In this document: positions 62,713 to 64,000 of the stretch, one piece after another
How positions within the stretch are numbered: position 1 is the stretch's first letter
Layout: each line of letters opens with the position of its first letter
Source of the DNA: Candidatus Thorarchaeota archaeon
GTDB taxonomy: Archaea > Asgardarchaeota > Thorarchaeia > Thorarchaeales > Thorarchaeaceae
Assembly (NCBI GenBank): GCA_038893995.1
Contig: JAWAQK010000002.1
Span: forward strand, 20,529 to 84,528
Direction: 5' to 3'
Length of the DNA stretch: 64,000 nt
Notes under the pieces: generated by a model
Seen by the model: only the letters and a program-made list of their open reading frames with translations
Databases searched by the model: none
Told to the model about the DNA's origin: nothing
Translations under genes and position numbers: made by a program

Positions 62713-63852
62713 CTACTGCTGCACCCTGTCTTCTCCGTACCTTCTCGTGTCGTAGAATGGCCAATCAACTACTCTCGCCTTTCTCACCCGACCCTTTATG
62801 TCTATCCCGACCTCGGCTCCTGTACTGACAGTATCAGGTTTGACGTATGCCATTCCAATGCCGTTCTCAAGAGTTGGCGAGAGGCCACCGCTTGTCACCT
62901 CCCCAATCTGAGTGTCATCCAATAGGACCGCATAATGCTGGCGCGGAATTCCTCTCTCTATCATTACTAACCCTATTCGTGTTTTCTTCCCTCCTTTCTC
63001 CTTGTGCTGCCTAACAATGTCGTATCCAATGTAGTGGGGTTCGACCTTGAATTTCACAGCGTAGGCTATTCGCGCCTCAATGGGGGAGGTGTCCTCATCG
63101 AGTTCATGGCCGTAGAGCACGAATCCCGCTTCCAGTCGGGTTGAGTCTCTTGCTCCCAGTCCACACGGCTTTACTCCAAACTCGGCACCCTGGTGAAGTA
63201 GTTCCTCCCAGAATGATATCGCCTTATTCTTACCCTCGGCGGTCATTGGCGTGTCGAGAAGGAGGATCTCGCCCCCTGCTTCTCCTGTGTAACCCGTCCT
63301 GCACAGATAACAGTCGTAGCCCGCCAGCTTCAACCGGTGGCAGCTGAATCGTGGAAACTCACTCACATCTCTACCCGCGAGCCTGGACAGTAGTTCTAGT
63401 GCTCTGGGTCCCTGAACGGCAATCATGCTGACCTCTGCAGATCTATCAATGACCTGCACATTGAAACCTCTTGAATGGTCGATCATGTGTCTGTAGATCT
63501 TTGGCCCGTTTGATGCATTTGTGACCCATATGTATTCCAGATCTCCCACACGGTATAACAACAGGTCGTCCATTACCCCCCCTCTCTCGTTTAGGCAGGT
63601 AGAATAGTGCCCCTCCCCTACTTGCAGCTTGGTCACGTTATTTGTGGTCAGAGTTTGGAGAAACTCCGCAGATTGCGGACCGCTGACAAAGAATCGGGAC
63701 ATATGACTGGTGTCGAATATACCTACACTGTTGCGGACCGCCATGTGCTCTTCCCGGATGTCTGTGTAACGGACCGGCATTTCCCATCCGGCGAATTCTA
63801 CCATGTCGGCATTGTTCACATGCCAGTCGTAGAGTTGTGTTCTCATAGGCAT
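62713..63852 (-). CDS. gcvT: Glycine cleavage system T protein (aminomethyltransferase)
   Basis: 379 aa, LYDWHV...GWEMPV...GIFDTSHM, typical GcvT. Confidence 0.88.
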   Translation of the reverse strand: MPMRTQLYDWHVNNADMVEFAGWEMPVRYTDIREEHMAVRNSVGIFDTSHMSRFFVSGPQSAEFLQTLTTNNVTKLQVGEGHYSTCLNERGGVMDDLLLYRVGDLEYIWVTNASNGPKIYRHMIDHSRGFNVQVIDRSAEVSMIAVQGPRALELLSRLAGRDVSEFPRFSCHRLKLAGYDCYLCRTGYTGEAGGEILLLDTPMTAEGKNKAISFWEELLHQGAEFGVKPCGLGARDSTRLEAGFVLYGHELDEDTSPIEARIAYAVKFKVEPHYIGYDIVRQHKEKGGKKTRIGLVMIERGIPRQHYAVLLDDTQIGEVTSGGLSPTLENGIGMAYVKPDTVSTGAEVGIDIKGRVRKARVVDWPFYDTRRYGEDRVQQ

Positions 63853-64000
63853 TCATAGTCACCTTTATGATGGTTGTTCAATCATAGAACCGCAGCTGTG
63901 CCTCAAAACAGCGACTGACGAGGCATGTCATTTGGTACTGTATAGGACAGTCACGATAAGGAAGCTCAGCTGTGGCCATGGACATGGCCCCCGTGTGATG

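Overview
This is a 64-kb chromosomal window from an archaeon, about 50% GC, read directly from the sequence without any database search. It is dense with core information-processing genes. A replication island carries orc1/cdc6 (5'-truncated), RFC large and small subunits, a GINS subunit, MCM and Hel308; further on are RPA, the PolD large subunit DP2 and an Lhr helicase. The transcription and translation genes rpoB (unsplit), rpoA', rpoA'', L30e, nusA, S12 and S7 lie on the minus strand, alongside EF-1alpha, aIF5B, aIF2alpha and Nop10. A second block carries rpoD, L18e, L13, S9, rpoN and S2; L7Ae, S28e, L24e, L44e, S27e and Sec61beta are scattered elsewhere in the window. Archaeal hallmarks include G1P dehydrogenase (egsA), the oligosaccharyltransferase AglB, an Elf1 homolog, and a four-gene cluster for the alternative archaeal mevalonate pathway (mvk, a UbiD-like decarboxylase, AcnX large and small subunits). 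Metabolic genes include gcvT-gcvH, glyA, a SufS-like cysteine desulfurase, ndk, an SDR and a SIS-domain sugar isomerase. I located seven tRNA genes by hand. Six carry introns, five carry two, and four have a non-canonical T-loop intron of uniform length (30-31 nt); some also have insertions in the D-loop or around position 25/26. A probable SRP (7S) RNA lies antisense to a spurious ORF. The S27e gene has no canonical start codon: an upstream ATG is followed by an in-frame TGA seven codons later. Elf1, PolD, unsplit RpoB, the AcnX-type mevalonate route and heavily intron-laden tRNAs together suggest a TACK/Asgard-like, probably mesophilic, archaeon; this is inference only. No CRISPR array, rRNA or obvious mobile element was seen.
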